Notes under the pieces: model-generated | Told to the model about the DNA's origin: nothing | Seen by the model: the letters and a program-made list of their open reading frames with translations, nothing else | Databases searched by the model: none | Translations under genes and position numbers: made by a program | Part shown: piece by piece, positions 19,842 through 30,643 of the stretch | Position numbering within the stretch: the stretch's first letter is position 1 | Layout: every line of letters starts with the position of its first letter | From: an uncultured bacterium | Lineage (GTDB): Bacteria > CSSED10-310 > CAZUFC01 | Length of the DNA: 64,000 nucleotides | Direction: 5' to 3' | Assembly: GCA_964619725.1 (NCBI GenBank) | Contig: CAZUFC010000021.1 | Coordinates: 16,963-80,962 of the forward strand

Positions 19842-21335
19842 TCAGCGATAGAAAATGCGGGTCAGCAGAAATCTCAGGACGTTCACCGGGACCATAAAGG
19901 TTTCAAGCAACAGGGCTATCCATCGTTGAATCAATCCCAGCCCGGCCCACAGGGTAGTCTGAATGGTCGGTCTGATTGACGTGAAAGCCCGTTTCCATTC
20001 TTTTGCGTCGATTTTAATCTTTTTGCCGCGGGTGTTATAAGCATAAAGGTTTTTAATGCCGCAGCGTTTCAGGTATAGAGCTGCGGCCGTATCGAATTCA
20101 GGGCTTCCTTCGATGAAGACGGCCGTGCGGCAATTGAGTTTTTTAATTTCGTGTGCCAGTTGAGGCTCCGTGACAATGGGTTTTAACATGCCGGGATTGA
20201 GCAGGAACCAGTCGATCGATGGGTGTTTCAATCTGACACGGGTGCAAAATTCGTCTTTCCCGAGCAATACTATGGATTGCGCGGGAAAATCATTTCTGAC
20301 GTCTGAAATATGACGGTAAAACGTGTCCATGTCATCACAGGGAATAACCAGAACACATTCACCCGAAGGCTTTTCTTTGCCTCTTCGGTATAAATTTTCC
20401 AGCCCCTTTTTTATTCCCTGATTTTTATAGTAAAAATGGTATATGCGAAAGATGCGCTTCAGAATAAACCGGCGGTATTTTAACGGTAAACCCCTGATGG
20501 CAGGCCTCAGCGCCGTATCAAGTATAAAAGTCAAACGGTAAACGAAACGACGGTAAACCTCCTGGTGATAGCTGGAGAAATTATGGAGTTTCGGCCATTT
20601 TTCCTCCTGAAGGACCATCATTTCTCCCAGAAGCAGGTCCCGTTTCCTGCTGTCCTCTTCCGATGTGGGATGATAATGATAAGCGACAGCCCTGCTGTTG
20701 TAATAGAACCTCATTCCGTTCAGGGCCAGTTGAAGACCCAGGTCGGTATCCTCGCCCATGGCCGACGGATATCGCTCGTCGAACGGACCGTATTTTTCGA
20801 AAAAGGAGCGCTTAAAGGAAATATTGCATGTGATGAATTGAAAGAAGGATATTTCTTCGCCGTGTTTCAGCGTGTGATAATAGAACTGAGGTCCCCCGTT
20901 TTCCACCCAATACATTATGTCGTTAATTTCCAGGTCAGGATGCCAGGTCGAATATCCCAGCACGACGGTTTCTTCGGCTGGAAAGCGTTCTTCCTGCCAT
21001 TGGAGATGCTCGTACAGGCAGTTTTTTTCAGCAATGTAATCGTCTCCCGTGATCCAAACGATGCGGCCGGAAGCTTTCCTGATCCCCGTGTTGCGCGCTG
21101 CAGCAGGACCCTGATTCGGCTGACGGATGTAATGGACAGGAAAATCGCCGTTTTTTAAAAAAGTTTCAACGGTTTTCGGGGTATCGTCTGTTGAGCCGTC
21201 ATCTACGATTATTATTTCATAATCAGTCAGGGGGATGTCTTGCGATATGAGGGCGTTCAAACATTTAGGCAGGATATCGGACCTGTTGTAAGTCGGAATG
21301 ATGACGCTGAGTCTCGGTTGCTTTTGTTCGTTCAT
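19842..21335 (-). CDS. GT2 glycosyltransferase with C-terminal extension
   Basis: SVIIPTYNR, VDDGSTD, GPAAARN, GEDTDL. Confidence 0.9.
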   Translation of the reverse strand: MNEQKQPRLSVIIPTYNRSDILPKCLNALISQDIPLTDYEIIIVDDGSTDDTPKTVETFLKNGDFPVHYIRQPNQGPAAARNTGIRKASGRIVWITGDDYIAEKNCLYEHLQWQEERFPAEETVVLGYSTWHPDLEINDIMYWVENGGPQFYYHTLKHGEEISFFQFITCNISFKRSFFEKYGPFDERYPSAMGEDTDLGLQLALNGMRFYYNSRAVAYHYHPTSEEDSRKRDLLLGEMMVLQEEKWPKLHNFSSYHQEVYRRFVYRLTFILDTALRPAIRGLPLKYRRFILKRIFRIYHFYYKNQGIKKGLENLYRRGKEKPSGECVLVIPCDDMDTFYRHISDVRNDFPAQSIVLLGKDEFCTRVRLKHPSIDWFLLNPGMLKPIVTEPQLAHEIKKLNCRTAVFIEGSPEFDTAAALYLKRCGIKNLYAYNTRGKKIKIDAKEWKRAFTSIRPTIQTTLWAGLGLIQRWIALLLETFMVPVNVLRFLLTRIFYR

Positions 21336-21361
21336 TTTTTTGCAATTCCTGTTAGGAAGTT

Positions 21362-22309
21362 TTACGAAATATTCCTGGGACCGGGAGCTGCTGTTTCACG
21401 GACGGAATAATCGCCGCTTTTTGATGCTTGTCCCTGTGATGGACTGGACATACGGTCCAGCCTGGCGGCGAGTATTCCCCTGATTCCCATAAATAAAAAA
21501 ACGAGGTTGACGGGAATCAGTTTCCAATCCCTGTCGTTCAGGGAGGTTTTCATAATCCAGCGGAACATCATGATTGTTTGTTTCAGATGTAGTCGCAGGT
21601 AAGGGACTTTATTCTTCAGATGGGCGTAATGACCCCAGCGCCACCAGCGATAAATCATGGCGGCCAGCGTGACGATGGAGTCATTGCGGTGATGGCGCAC
21701 CTCGGCATAGGGGGTATAAACGAGCGTGTAACCTTTCTGACGCACTCTGATGCTGAGATCGACGTCCTCGCCGTTAGTCGCGAACAGCGGATCGAATCCT
21801 CCCAATTCCTGCAGAACCGATTTCCTGTATGAAGAACATATCCCGTAAAGGAATTCCGGATTCTCCACGCGTTCTGGACCGAGATTCTGGGACAGATACT
21901 TGCCCCGCCAGAGGTTGGGAGCATTATCGCTTCTGACTTCGTATCCTGCGCCTCCGACGCCGCCTATTTTTTCGGAAGTATACTCAGCCAGAATATTTTC
22001 TATTAATCCGCTTTCGGCATAAGCATCCACGTCCACATAGACGATAATGTCGCCGCGGGCTGCCTGCCAGGCGTTATTTCGGGCTGCAGGCAAACCGAGG
22101 TTCCTGGTATGACGAATAACTTTAACTTGAGTATATCCGCGAATTATTTCGTAACTGCCGTCCGTAGAACCGTCATCAACAACGATCACCTCGTCCGGCG
22201 CACGGGTCTGATTCAGCATATGTTCAATCGCTTCTCCGATAAAGCGGCTTCCGTTATAGCAAGGTATCACTGCAGTAACGCTCAAATCTTCAGTTTTTAC
22301 ATTCATCAT
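21362..22309 (-). CDS. GT2 glycosyltransferase
   Basis: VIPCYNG, VDDGSTD, DVD, GEDVDL. Confidence 0.9.
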   Translation of the reverse strand: MMNVKTEDLSVTAVIPCYNGSRFIGEAIEHMLNQTRAPDEVIVVDDGSTDGSYEIIRGYTQVKVIRHTRNLGLPAARNNAWQAARGDIIVYVDVDAYAESGLIENILAEYTSEKIGGVGGAGYEVRSDNAPNLWRGKYLSQNLGPERVENPEFLYGICSSYRKSVLQELGGFDPLFATNGEDVDLSIRVRQKGYTLVYTPYAEVRHHRNDSIVTLAAMIYRWWRWGHYAHLKNKVPYLRLHLKQTIMMFRWIMKTSLNDRDWKLIPVNLVFLFMGIRGILAARLDRMSSPSQGQASKSGDYSVRETAAPGPRNIS

Positions 22310-22429
22310 CGCCTCTTTCTGCTTTGCACCCTACATCCTGATGATCTCTCAGATCGAAGATTACATTGATGTTGCAAAAAAAGTCAATTCGTCTTCAGAC
22401 AAAAGTTCGATATGCCTCCGGCCGCCGAT

Positions 22430-23548
22430 TTATCGCCTGAGCAATTCCCGGCATTTTTTCTTGTGCGTGTTCAATAAATCCTGAATCCCGGACAATGATT
22501 TCGAATCCTTTGAATCAATGAGCATCTTCTGACGGTTTTCACGAAGCAGTCCGCTGCCGGAAAGGACTTCGTATATGGTCTCAGCATAAATGTGCGCTCC
22601 CTGTCTGTTTACGTGGATGTCGTCGATGAATAAAGAAGCGGCCCGATGAGGATGCGTCAGTTCAATTCTTTTATAGCGCCGGACGACATCAGCTTTGGGA
22701 ACGCCCAGTTCTTCCGCCGCCTTAATCAAATTCGGAAGATAATAATCATAGGAAATATCCCGCATGTTGAATCCCGACTTGATTGCCTGCGTAACCAGGA
22801 TAGGTTCAATGCCCTCTCGCCTGATCATTTCAACCATGGTTCTTATATTACTGTAATATTCCTCTGGTGAAACCCTGCGTCTGACATGACCGGGATTCAT
22901 TCCGTGAATTTTTAATCTGATGTTCAAAATCAGTCTTTCCAGTAAGTTGTAAAAATGCAGGCGATGAAGATAATGACTCGCTTTCGTCAGGCTGCTGGTG
23001 TTAAGTTTTCCCCGTTTTTCGTCGGTAATCGAGGATTCCAGGTAGTCGTTCAAGCCGTAAGCCAGTGTGATTATTTCGGGCTTGAGCTTCATAATATCAG
23101 GTAAATACATCATTCCCTGATAGGAAGTATGACCGGGAACGCCCGCGTTTATCACTTCCCATTTAAGGCCGTCGCCATTTTGATCAAGGATAAATTGCAA
23201 TTGAGCAGGATAAGAATCCTCCCATTCGACTTTCACTCCGTAAGTCACCGAATCTCCCATGCAGACGATCGTGCGGCGTTCGCTGTTCCTGTTCCGTTCA
23301 GGACCGCGGAAACCCTCGGTATTGATGCTTTGAACGACTGAGCCACGCCCTCCTCCATAGTTGAACTCATGGAAATAACCGGGTTTTAAACGCCAGAAAA
23401 GTCTGTCGTCTTCCATGAAACGGGCGCCGCTGGGAAACCTCGGCGGCGAAGGCGCTGCCGCTCCCATCAGGCGTAACGTCAGTTCTACGGCCAAAAGGAA
23501 GCCGATCGGCAGCAGAAGCGCTGTAATTTTTTTTCTTCCGTTCGTCAT
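22430..23548 (-). CDS. Membrane-anchored SGNH/GDSL hydrolase-family protein
   Basis: N-terminal TM helix, INTEGFRG, MGDSVT, NAGVPG, GLND, DDIH. Confidence 0.88.
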   Translation of the reverse strand: MTNGRKKITALLLPIGFLLAVELTLRLMGAAAPSPPRFPSGARFMEDDRLFWRLKPGYFHEFNYGGGRGSVVQSINTEGFRGPERNRNSERRTIVCMGDSVTYGVKVEWEDSYPAQLQFILDQNGDGLKWEVINAGVPGHTSYQGMMYLPDIMKLKPEIITLAYGLNDYLESSITDEKRGKLNTSSLTKASHYLHRLHFYNLLERLILNIRLKIHGMNPGHVRRRVSPEEYYSNIRTMVEMIRREGIEPILVTQAIKSGFNMRDISYDYYLPNLIKAAEELGVPKADVVRRYKRIELTHPHRAASLFIDDIHVNRQGAHIYAETIYEVLSGSGLLRENRQKMLIDSKDSKSLSGIQDLLNTHKKKCRELLRR

Positions 23549-23658
23549 GGCGGATGTTTTTCGTTCATTGCCCGAAAAAAATTCAATTCGGCGGGAAGAC
23601 TTCAGTAAGAATATAACCAGAAAAGCATTTTCGCTTTTTCATGATGTCCGTGCCCGAC

Positions 23659-24168
23659 TCATTTCCGGCTGTTAAGATAAAAATCAAGATAAAGTTCTCC
23701 TTTGGGCGTCAATTCATAATAGGTGTGGTTTCGATGCTTGATCCATTTGTTTTTCACTATTTTTTTACGGTATTGAATCATCAGCTTTTCAACGCGGGAC
23801 AACAAGCCCAGACCGCGGAGTTTGCCGTGCCGGTCGAAAACCGTTTTTCGTTTAAGTTTGAGCATGCTCGAAACCGTGATGGAATAATCGATGCCATATT
23901 CGCGATGATGCTTCAGTATGCGAAAATCGGTTTTATCCAGCGAGGCGTAATCCGGACCGGGTTTTTCAGGTTCCTCCGCCGTTATCTGATTCCATTCCAG
24001 GTCCAGGAGACGCCCGGCTTCAACTTTTTCAAGATTGGGACAGGAAGAACGGTGAGCGACAACGATGTTGTCATAATTGATATACCCTTTCAGGCGGTCT
24101 TCGGGTCCCGGATTGCAACATTTGGCTGTCTTGTAATTTTCCTTGAGTCGTAAAGATTTCCCGCCCAT
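23659..24168 (-). CDS. RelA/SpoT zinc-finger-like domain fused to a DUF2250-like winged-helix domain
   Basis: AKCCNP...GYI....VVAHRSSCPNL, then ILKHH..YGIDY...KHRNHTYYELT. Start placed at ATG 24168. Confidence 0.75.
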   Translation of the reverse strand: MGGKSLRLKENYKTAKCCNPGPEDRLKGYINYDNIVVAHRSSCPNLEKVEAGRLLDLEWNQITAEEPEKPGPDYASLDKTDFRILKHHREYGIDYSITVSSMLKLKRKTVFDRHGKLRGLGLLSRVEKLMIQYRKKIVKNKWIKHRNHTYYELTPKGELYLDFYLNSRK

Positions 24169-24230
24169 CTGGACTTCTCTCCCATCACTTAAAAATAATG
24201 AAAAGTAAAGAAAAGTCAAAGAGAAAAGGT

Positions 24231-24278
24231 CTAAAATTCGGATACGGAAAAGGCCGTTTTTCCGTATCCGAATTTTAG
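24231..24278. terminator. Perfect 21-bp inverted repeat (bidirectional terminator-like)
   Basis: ctaaaattcggatacggaaaa / ttttccgtatccgaattttag with a 6-nt loop. Confidence 0.7.
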
Positions 24279-24642
24279 TCAGCGCTCGTCTTGACTTGAA
24301 ATGAGGAGGGATTTAAACTGAAAATAAACCTCCTTTTTATAAGGAGTGAGAAGGAAGTGAGCTGGATTGGCGATGAGTTGTCGGTGTTTGGTGAAAAAGG
24401 GTGAATTATGCAGATGAGGAGCGTTTTGAAAAGCGACTGAAGATTTTGCCGGGGAATTACTCGTCCGAGAGGGTAAAAGCAAAAATATCCAGTAAACATA
24501 AACTGAATTTGAATATTGAATTATGAGAATCGAAGAGGCTGATGTGGAATCATGTCGAAGAAAAGAATACGAGTTAATTTCGAGAGCGGCTGATGACCGT
24601 CGCCTGCGAGCGGCGAACATGGCCGGCATCCGAAAAAGATCG

Positions 24643-27600
24643 ATGAAAGTTTTTCCTGTGTGGGTTGTTTTGTCGATGATTTTTTCGATGGAGGTTCTTT
24701 GTGGCGGAGCGGGAGAGATAGTGACGATTGAGACGAAAGACGGCGGAATGATTCAGGGCGAGATACTGAAAAGGAATGAAGAGGGAGTTTTTATCTTTGT
24801 GGGAGGGTCTGTTACGGCGCTGGACCGGAAGAACATTAAGTCGATCAGGAACGCTGAAGTAAAGGAAACGGAAGCAAAGAACGGAACCGGGGAAAATTTA
24901 CAAGGCGAATTTAAGCCTGACGATCCCCTGGTAAAAGACCCTCAAAAGTATGCGGATGAACTGATTAAGGCTGTCGTGACGGTAAAGACGCCTGTGGGCG
25001 CCGGAGCCGGTTGGTTCATTGATCGCGGCGGCTACATCATAACGAATAATCATGTGATTGAGGGCGAGCGATCCATTACGGTAACGATGTATCAGAAAGA
25101 AAACGATTGGGTGCGAAAACAGTCTTTCAAAAAGGTGCGGATAATCGCGGTAAGTCATAATCTTGACCTGGCTTTGCTTAAAATAGAGGAAGATATAGAA
25201 TTGCCTTACAAGACGTTGCGATTGGGTAATTCCGAAGCGGTCAGCGTGGGCGATCAAGTATTCGTTGTAGGCAATCCCATGGGATTGGAACGGTCTACAT
25301 CGGAGGGAATAATCAGCAAAAAAGCCCGTAATTTCGGCGGAAGGCTTTTCATGCAGATAACCGCGCCGGTTGCCCCGGGAAATTCCGGCGGTCCCGTATT
25401 CAATCGAAAAGGAGAAGTCATCGGCGTCGTCACGATGGGATATTTGCTTCTGGACGGGTTGGTGTTCGTTCTGCCGGCGAAATATGTGGAAGAATTCATA
25501 GAAAATGTGGAAGCCTTCGCCTATGATGAGGATAATCCCAATTCAGGCATCAAATACATGGAAGCGCCCATAATGTCGATGGACGACAGTTTTCAGTTCG
25601 TCTCATCGGATTTTATAAAAACAGGCGCCGGAGCCTCCTGTTTAACCCCTGCAGATATCGACGGAGACGGCAGGGAAGAAATCATCTACGCCGACAACAT
25701 AAAATCGGAAATAGGGATAATCAGGCAGAAAACGCCTGATCAGATAACAAAAAAGGCGCTCCCGGAATTCCATGACGTCAACGAACTCAAGGGCAGCGAT
25801 TATTTGCAAAGAGATTCCATACCGGTTTCCAATCTTATAATTTCTCTCGTAGTTGAGGATTTGAACGGCGACGGATATTCCGACATAGTATTTCTCGGCG
25901 ATATGGACGGACTGGCCGTTTTGGAAGGAAACGAAAACGGTTCGTTCAATCCGGTTCGAAAAATAGATGAAGTGGAAATGAGCGAACGTAAAGATGCTTT
26001 AAGGTTGATTGACTTTGACGGTGATGGAATGAAAGAGGTTTTCATACTGGGCAATGACTATTTCACGATATTCCGGCAGGATGCTGAACGGATGGAATAT
26101 CCTTTGGGCGCATCCTACAAGAATAAAATAAAATATATCGATTTTTTCGATGCGGATGAGGACGGATTAAAAGACATAGTCTTCTTTGCGGAGGATGATA
26201 ATTTTGCAGTTTACGTCAGGCTCCAGAACAGGGAAGGCGATTTTTTAATCGATTATCCCGTAAGGTCGCAAATATCAGGGATGACTCGGTTTAACAATCT
26301 TGATCAGAAACGGAGATATCTGACCTTGGATAAAGGTTTAAATCGTATCAGAGAGTTGATCCTGGTTCCCGGTGGAGTTAATGAAAGGAAAGAAAAGAAA
26401 ACCTGTTCGATGTTTTCGGTCCCGGTTCAACCCGGTCAAAGCATGGAAGGAAAAATTCAGGCAGGCCGCTTGTCGAAAAACAGCGATGAGTTCGTGCTGT
26501 TGACCTCGGAAAGACAAAAAAACGAATTTTTACTCTATTATTTTAAAAACGGCGATTTGAAGCTCAGAAAATCTCCTTCTCCTTCTGATCTCGATCAGTG
26601 CATTCTTTACACTGGAGTCGGCAAACCCGCTGTATTCAGTCTGTCGCGAAAAGATAAAATATTCGGCGTGAGCCGGATTGAAAATGAAAGAGTCGCTTAC
26701 CCCAGACCTATAGATACGGCGGGACAGGTGGAATATATCGCGCTTGACGCAATCGATAATGAGGAATCCAAACCTCGATTATTCTGGCTGGAAAAGGCGG
26801 ATTCAGATTACTTTATCCGCTCCACGTCTCTGGAGAAAATCGTTGATGAAATTTACCGGGATCGTACAGGCTCTATAAATGTGCAGACGGATACCATAAC
26901 TTTTACCTATGAAAACAGCGAAACAGACTCTCTCCGGGACAGACCGTCAGCTTTTGAATTCGCAGATTTTAACCGGGATGAATTGAAAGACCTTCTGATC
27001 TATTGGACTTATTCCGGTAAAGAAAGCCTGTTTATGGCACGGAAAGACGGTAAATATCGAGAAATAGTGAATCAGGAAAACCTCTTCGATCAAAATGAGG
27101 GTCAAAGGCTTATTACCGCAGATATGAACAATTCGGGAAAAAAAGACGTGATACTCGTTAAACCGGGTTTCCTGCGGATATTGAGAGTGGACGACCGAGA
27201 CAAAATTTACGTTGAAAAACAGTTCAACTGGAAGTTCGGAGAAATCTCCGGTATGGCTCTCCTCAACGCTGATCAGGATAAACCTCAATTCATAGTCATG
27301 TCTGAAAAGCAGGCTTATGTCGTTCAGTTGAATCAGCTCGACAACAAATTCGATCTCATCGACAGTTTTGACTTGAACGGCTTGAACGTTAAAAACGTCA
27401 TGGTCGGAGATGTGGCGGAGAATAAGGGTAATGAGATGCTTTTCAGCGGCAAAGGCGCTGTTTTTATCTTTAAAGAGGGATTGCCTGGATTAGAAGTTCA
27501 TGAATCCATACGGCTGAATGCCAGGCAAAACTACTTTCAATACTGGAAAATTCACTGCGCAGACCTGGATGGAAACGGAGGGGATGAAATTTTGCTTTTC

Positions 27601-27858
27601 GACTCCAAAGAAGCCGTTTTTGAAGTCTATAAGCAGCTAAATGAGAAGGAAACCCTGGCCGTTTTGAGACACAGATTGTTTGATAAAAAACGATCAAAAT
27701 ACGACAAAATGGAATATGTCCGGTCTCCGGATGAAATTGCCGTCGCTGATATGGACGCAGATGGTAAAAATGATCTGATTTTCATGCTGGATGATCGAAT
27801 CGCCGTTTATCTGCAAAAAGAATTTTCCTCAATGAATGATGAAATGCGCAATAATTAG
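24643..27858 (+). CDS. Secreted trypsin-like (S1C) serine protease fused to FG-GAP/VCBS repeats
   Basis: TNNHV, DLALL, GNSGGP triad; repeated DIDGDG/DLNGDG/DFDGDG/DMDADG; signal peptide from ATG 24643. Confidence 0.88.
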   Translation: MKVFPVWVVLSMIFSMEVLCGGAGEIVTIETKDGGMIQGEILKRNEEGVFIFVGGSVTALDRKNIKSIRNAEVKETEAKNGTGENLQGEFKPDDPLVKDPQKYADELIKAVVTVKTPVGAGAGWFIDRGGYIITNNHVIEGERSITVTMYQKENDWVRKQSFKKVRIIAVSHNLDLALLKIEEDIELPYKTLRLGNSEAVSVGDQVFVVGNPMGLERSTSEGIISKKARNFGGRLFMQITAPVAPGNSGGPVFNRKGEVIGVVTMGYLLLDGLVFVLPAKYVEEFIENVEAFAYDEDNPNSGIKYMEAPIMSMDDSFQFVSSDFIKTGAGASCLTPADIDGDGREEIIYADNIKSEIGIIRQKTPDQITKKALPEFHDVNELKGSDYLQRDSIPVSNLIISLVVEDLNGDGYSDIVFLGDMDGLAVLEGNENGSFNPVRKIDEVEMSERKDALRLIDFDGDGMKEVFILGNDYFTIFRQDAERMEYPLGASYKNKIKYIDFFDADEDGLKDIVFFAEDDNFAVYVRLQNREGDFLIDYPVRSQISGMTRFNNLDQKRRYLTLDKGLNRIRELILVPGGVNERKEKKTCSMFSVPVQPGQSMEGKIQAGRLSKNSDEFVLLTSERQKNEFLLYYFKNGDLKLRKSPSPSDLDQCILYTGVGKPAVFSLSRKDKIFGVSRIENERVAYPRPIDTAGQVEYIALDAIDNEESKPRLFWLEKADSDYFIRSTSLEKIVDEIYRDRTGSINVQTDTITFTYENSETDSLRDRPSAFEFADFNRDELKDLLIYWTYSGKESLFMARKDGKYREIVNQENLFDQNEGQRLITADMNNSGKKDVILVKPGFLRILRVDDRDKIYVEKQFNWKFGEISGMALLNADQDKPQFIVMSEKQAYVVQLNQLDNKFDLIDSFDLNGLNVKNVMVGDVAENKGNEMLFSGKGAVFIFKEGLPGLEVHESIRLNARQNYFQYWKIHCADLDGNGGDEILLFDSKEAVFEVYKQLNEKETLAVLRHRLFDKKRSKYDKMEYVRSPDEIAVADMDADGKNDLIFMLDDRIAVYLQKEFSSMNDEMRNN

Positions 27859-27900
27859 TGAAGCCCTGCTTCTTAGTAAACAAAAACAAATAAGTAAAGG

Positions 27901-29901
27901 ATGGCTGTCGTGAAAAAAAACAGAATTGTCCGAGTCTCGGTTTTTACGGTTCTGATCTGGTGCTGCTGCGCTCAGGCCGGGTCCTCCTTCATGCAAAAAG
28001 CGCCTGAAGATGTTTTGATACTCGCTGAGTTTGATTTTGAGGTTTTCCTCAAAACCAGCGAAAAAACGCTGAGGAAAATAGACGAAAAATCGACTGACAA
28101 AATTGCATTTCATTTGAACAAGATGACCGAATGCTTGAAAGAACTCGGCAAACGCTATGATTTCAGTCCTCTGATGTTTGATTCTCTCGAAAAAATGAAA
28201 GTTTATTACCTCTTGATGCATGCTGTTGAGACTAAGGGCGGCGTTTCTAAAGATCGTCGCCTTCCTGAAGACAAGGGCGATTATGAAGCGCTTTCCGTCC
28301 TTGTATTGGAGACTGATGAGAAGATTTCGGCTGATTTCATTGAGCAATCCAAAAAATTTGCTGTAAAGTTGAATGAAAAAAGTAACGGTCAGGAGCAGCC
28401 GGCATACAGGTCCGTCGACATGGAAAAAGGAGAAATGATTTATATTACGAAAAGCGATTTCTATATGGGCAGAGTTGAAAAATACATCATTTTTTCAAAT
28501 GGAATTCCTACAGAAATCATAAATAACATAACGGCTCCTCCAGAAAAAAATATGACTCAAAATGAAGTTTATCGACGGTTGGAAGAGGAGCCTCTCAAAG
28601 ATCAGCGATATATTAAAATCATGATGAATTTCAATCAAATCCTCGTTGCTATTGAGGATATTCTGAGAGAAGACCTGGAAAAGTCTCAGGAAGAACTCAA
28701 GAATGCGGAGGTATCGGAGGAATTCCGGAAAAAAAGTGATGAAGAAAAGGCTATCGCACACCAGCAATACATGGCAGAAGTCGAAGAATCGAAGAAAACG
28801 CTGGATTATTTTTTGCTCTGCAGAAAACATCTGGAACTGGATAAACTGCGAACCATAGGAATCAATGCTTACCTGGTACAGAAAAACCAGAGTTACCTGG
28901 CTGAGTATAAGGTTATCTGCAAGTTCGATGAACCTGTTCCGCCCTTCTATAAAATGCTGCTGGACTCCGGTAAAAAATTGCAGGCTCCGGGAGTGCAAAC
29001 GGACGAAGGATATCTTTATATGACAAGAATAGATGTTGCCGGGCTCTGGAATCTTCTGACGGGGATTCTTCCTCAGGAGATGAATCAACAGCTTATGATG
29101 GTTCTCGAAATGATCAGGATGCAGTTCGGTTACCGTCCTGCGGAAGTATTCAGCGGTCTGTCCAACGACATCTATTGTTTTATCGATGCTTATGAAACTG
29201 AACTCGATTTACCTTCCTTTGATGAGGAAACCGGGGAAATGACTTTTCAAAAACAGAAAACCGGTCTTCCTCGTTTTCTGTTTCTTCTGGGAATAAAGAA
29301 TCCGGACTCTTTTTCAACTATTCTGTCGGAAATTTTCAGCAAAGCATCAGCCAATCCGATTATCAGCGTCATGTACGAAAAGCGAAACTACCAGGGGAAA
29401 GATGTTCATGTTATGACCTACAAGAGTGAAGCAGCCCCGGGAATGCCGCTCGCCGAGGTGAATATTGCCGCGACCATATTAAAGAAGCAGGTTGTATTGG
29501 GGTCCTGGGGCTCTGTAACGGAATATATCAGGAGAGCGAAAGAGCGCCGGGGAGACGAGAGAAACATCGCCGACCGGATACTTTCTCGCAATCCCAATGC
29601 CGGGTTCGTAATGATTCAACCCCTTGAATACAAGAAACGAATGCAAAAAATGTCGGGAGCAGACCCTTCCCTGATTCTGAAAGAAGATTTTGTAGGAGAA
29701 TACTTCAGAGAGGAAGGAATAACATTTCCTGATGAAGAAACAGAGGAATGCATCGTCGGTTCCTTAACCGTTATCTTTAGAGAAATTTACAAATTGTCGG
29801 AATCGGGGGACGAAAACAAACCGGGTTATCTGGTGTTCAAGGGAGAACAAAAAGGTCAGTTTTATGAAATTGTGGGAAAAAATGAATTTTTTATCAAATA
29901 A
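27901..29901 (+). CDS. Exported hypothetical protein (possibly DUF3352-like)
   Basis: 666-aa ORF with signal peptide, co-oriented with the protease; family call is weak. Confidence 0.65.
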   Translation: MAVVKKNRIVRVSVFTVLIWCCCAQAGSSFMQKAPEDVLILAEFDFEVFLKTSEKTLRKIDEKSTDKIAFHLNKMTECLKELGKRYDFSPLMFDSLEKMKVYYLLMHAVETKGGVSKDRRLPEDKGDYEALSVLVLETDEKISADFIEQSKKFAVKLNEKSNGQEQPAYRSVDMEKGEMIYITKSDFYMGRVEKYIIFSNGIPTEIINNITAPPEKNMTQNEVYRRLEEEPLKDQRYIKIMMNFNQILVAIEDILREDLEKSQEELKNAEVSEEFRKKSDEEKAIAHQQYMAEVEESKKTLDYFLLCRKHLELDKLRTIGINAYLVQKNQSYLAEYKVICKFDEPVPPFYKMLLDSGKKLQAPGVQTDEGYLYMTRIDVAGLWNLLTGILPQEMNQQLMMVLEMIRMQFGYRPAEVFSGLSNDIYCFIDAYETELDLPSFDEETGEMTFQKQKTGLPRFLFLLGIKNPDSFSTILSEIFSKASANPIISVMYEKRNYQGKDVHVMTYKSEAAPGMPLAEVNIAATILKKQVVLGSWGSVTEYIRRAKERRGDERNIADRILSRNPNAGFVMIQPLEYKKRMQKMSGADPSLILKEDFVGEYFREEGITFPDEETEECIVGSLTVIFREIYKLSESGDENKPGYLVFKGEQKGQFYEIVGKNEFFIK

Positions 29902-29983
29902 TTACAGGTTTGGAATCCTGACATTGTTTGATGAAAAATTGTGAATTGTTTGGAACATATTTCGAGCATGGAGGCTTCATCGT

Positions 29984-30478
29984 ATGGGCAGCTTACAGGA
30001 TCAATTGCTGAAAGCTAAGCTTGTCAGCAAGAAAAAATATGTCAAGACAAAGCAGAAACAGAGGATGAAACAGAAGGAACTGGGAGCGGAGAAGCTGCGG
30101 GAAGAAAAACAGAGAAAAAAGCAGGAATACGAGCGGAAACTGGAGGAGCAGAGGAAGAGAAGTCAGGAACTTGAGGAGAAAAAGAAACGAGTCGAGACAG
30201 AAAGTGATTATAAAAGAAGGATTCAGGAGACGGTTCGCTCAGGAGAAATACTGAAAGGCGCCCGGGGAAAAGAACGGTTCTATATAACGGCGCAATCCGG
30301 AAAGATAGTTCTGACCTCCATATCGGAGAATCTCGCTTCTAAACTGAAAAGGGGAGAAGCCGCATTCGTCGAGTATGAAGAAAACAAAAAAAGGAAATTC
30401 GTTCCCGTCACCGCCTCGGCAGCACGTAAGCTCCTCGATTTAAATAAAGAAACCGTGAGATTTTTTATCCAGATATGA
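29984..30478 (+). CDS. DUF2058/YaiL-family protein
   Basis: N-terminal SLQDQLLKAKLV followed by a charged coiled coil; GGAGG RBS. Confidence 0.75.
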   Translation: MGSLQDQLLKAKLVSKKKYVKTKQKQRMKQKELGAEKLREEKQRKKQEYERKLEEQRKRSQELEEKKKRVETESDYKRRIQETVRSGEILKGARGKERFYITAQSGKIVLTSISENLASKLKRGEAAFVEYEENKKRKFVPVTASAARKLLDLNKETVRFFIQI

Positions 30479-30643
30479 AGATATGAACTCCTGACGGCAT
30501 ACGCGGGAATTTACCGTCGGATGAATGCAGAACGGGTAAAGCGCGTGCGACGGGTTCGGTGTTGATTTGACTTTTTCGGATCGACCATACAACATGAGGG
30601 GCGATTCTTCCGCAGCGTTTATCGGATTCAGGAGAAGGTTACT

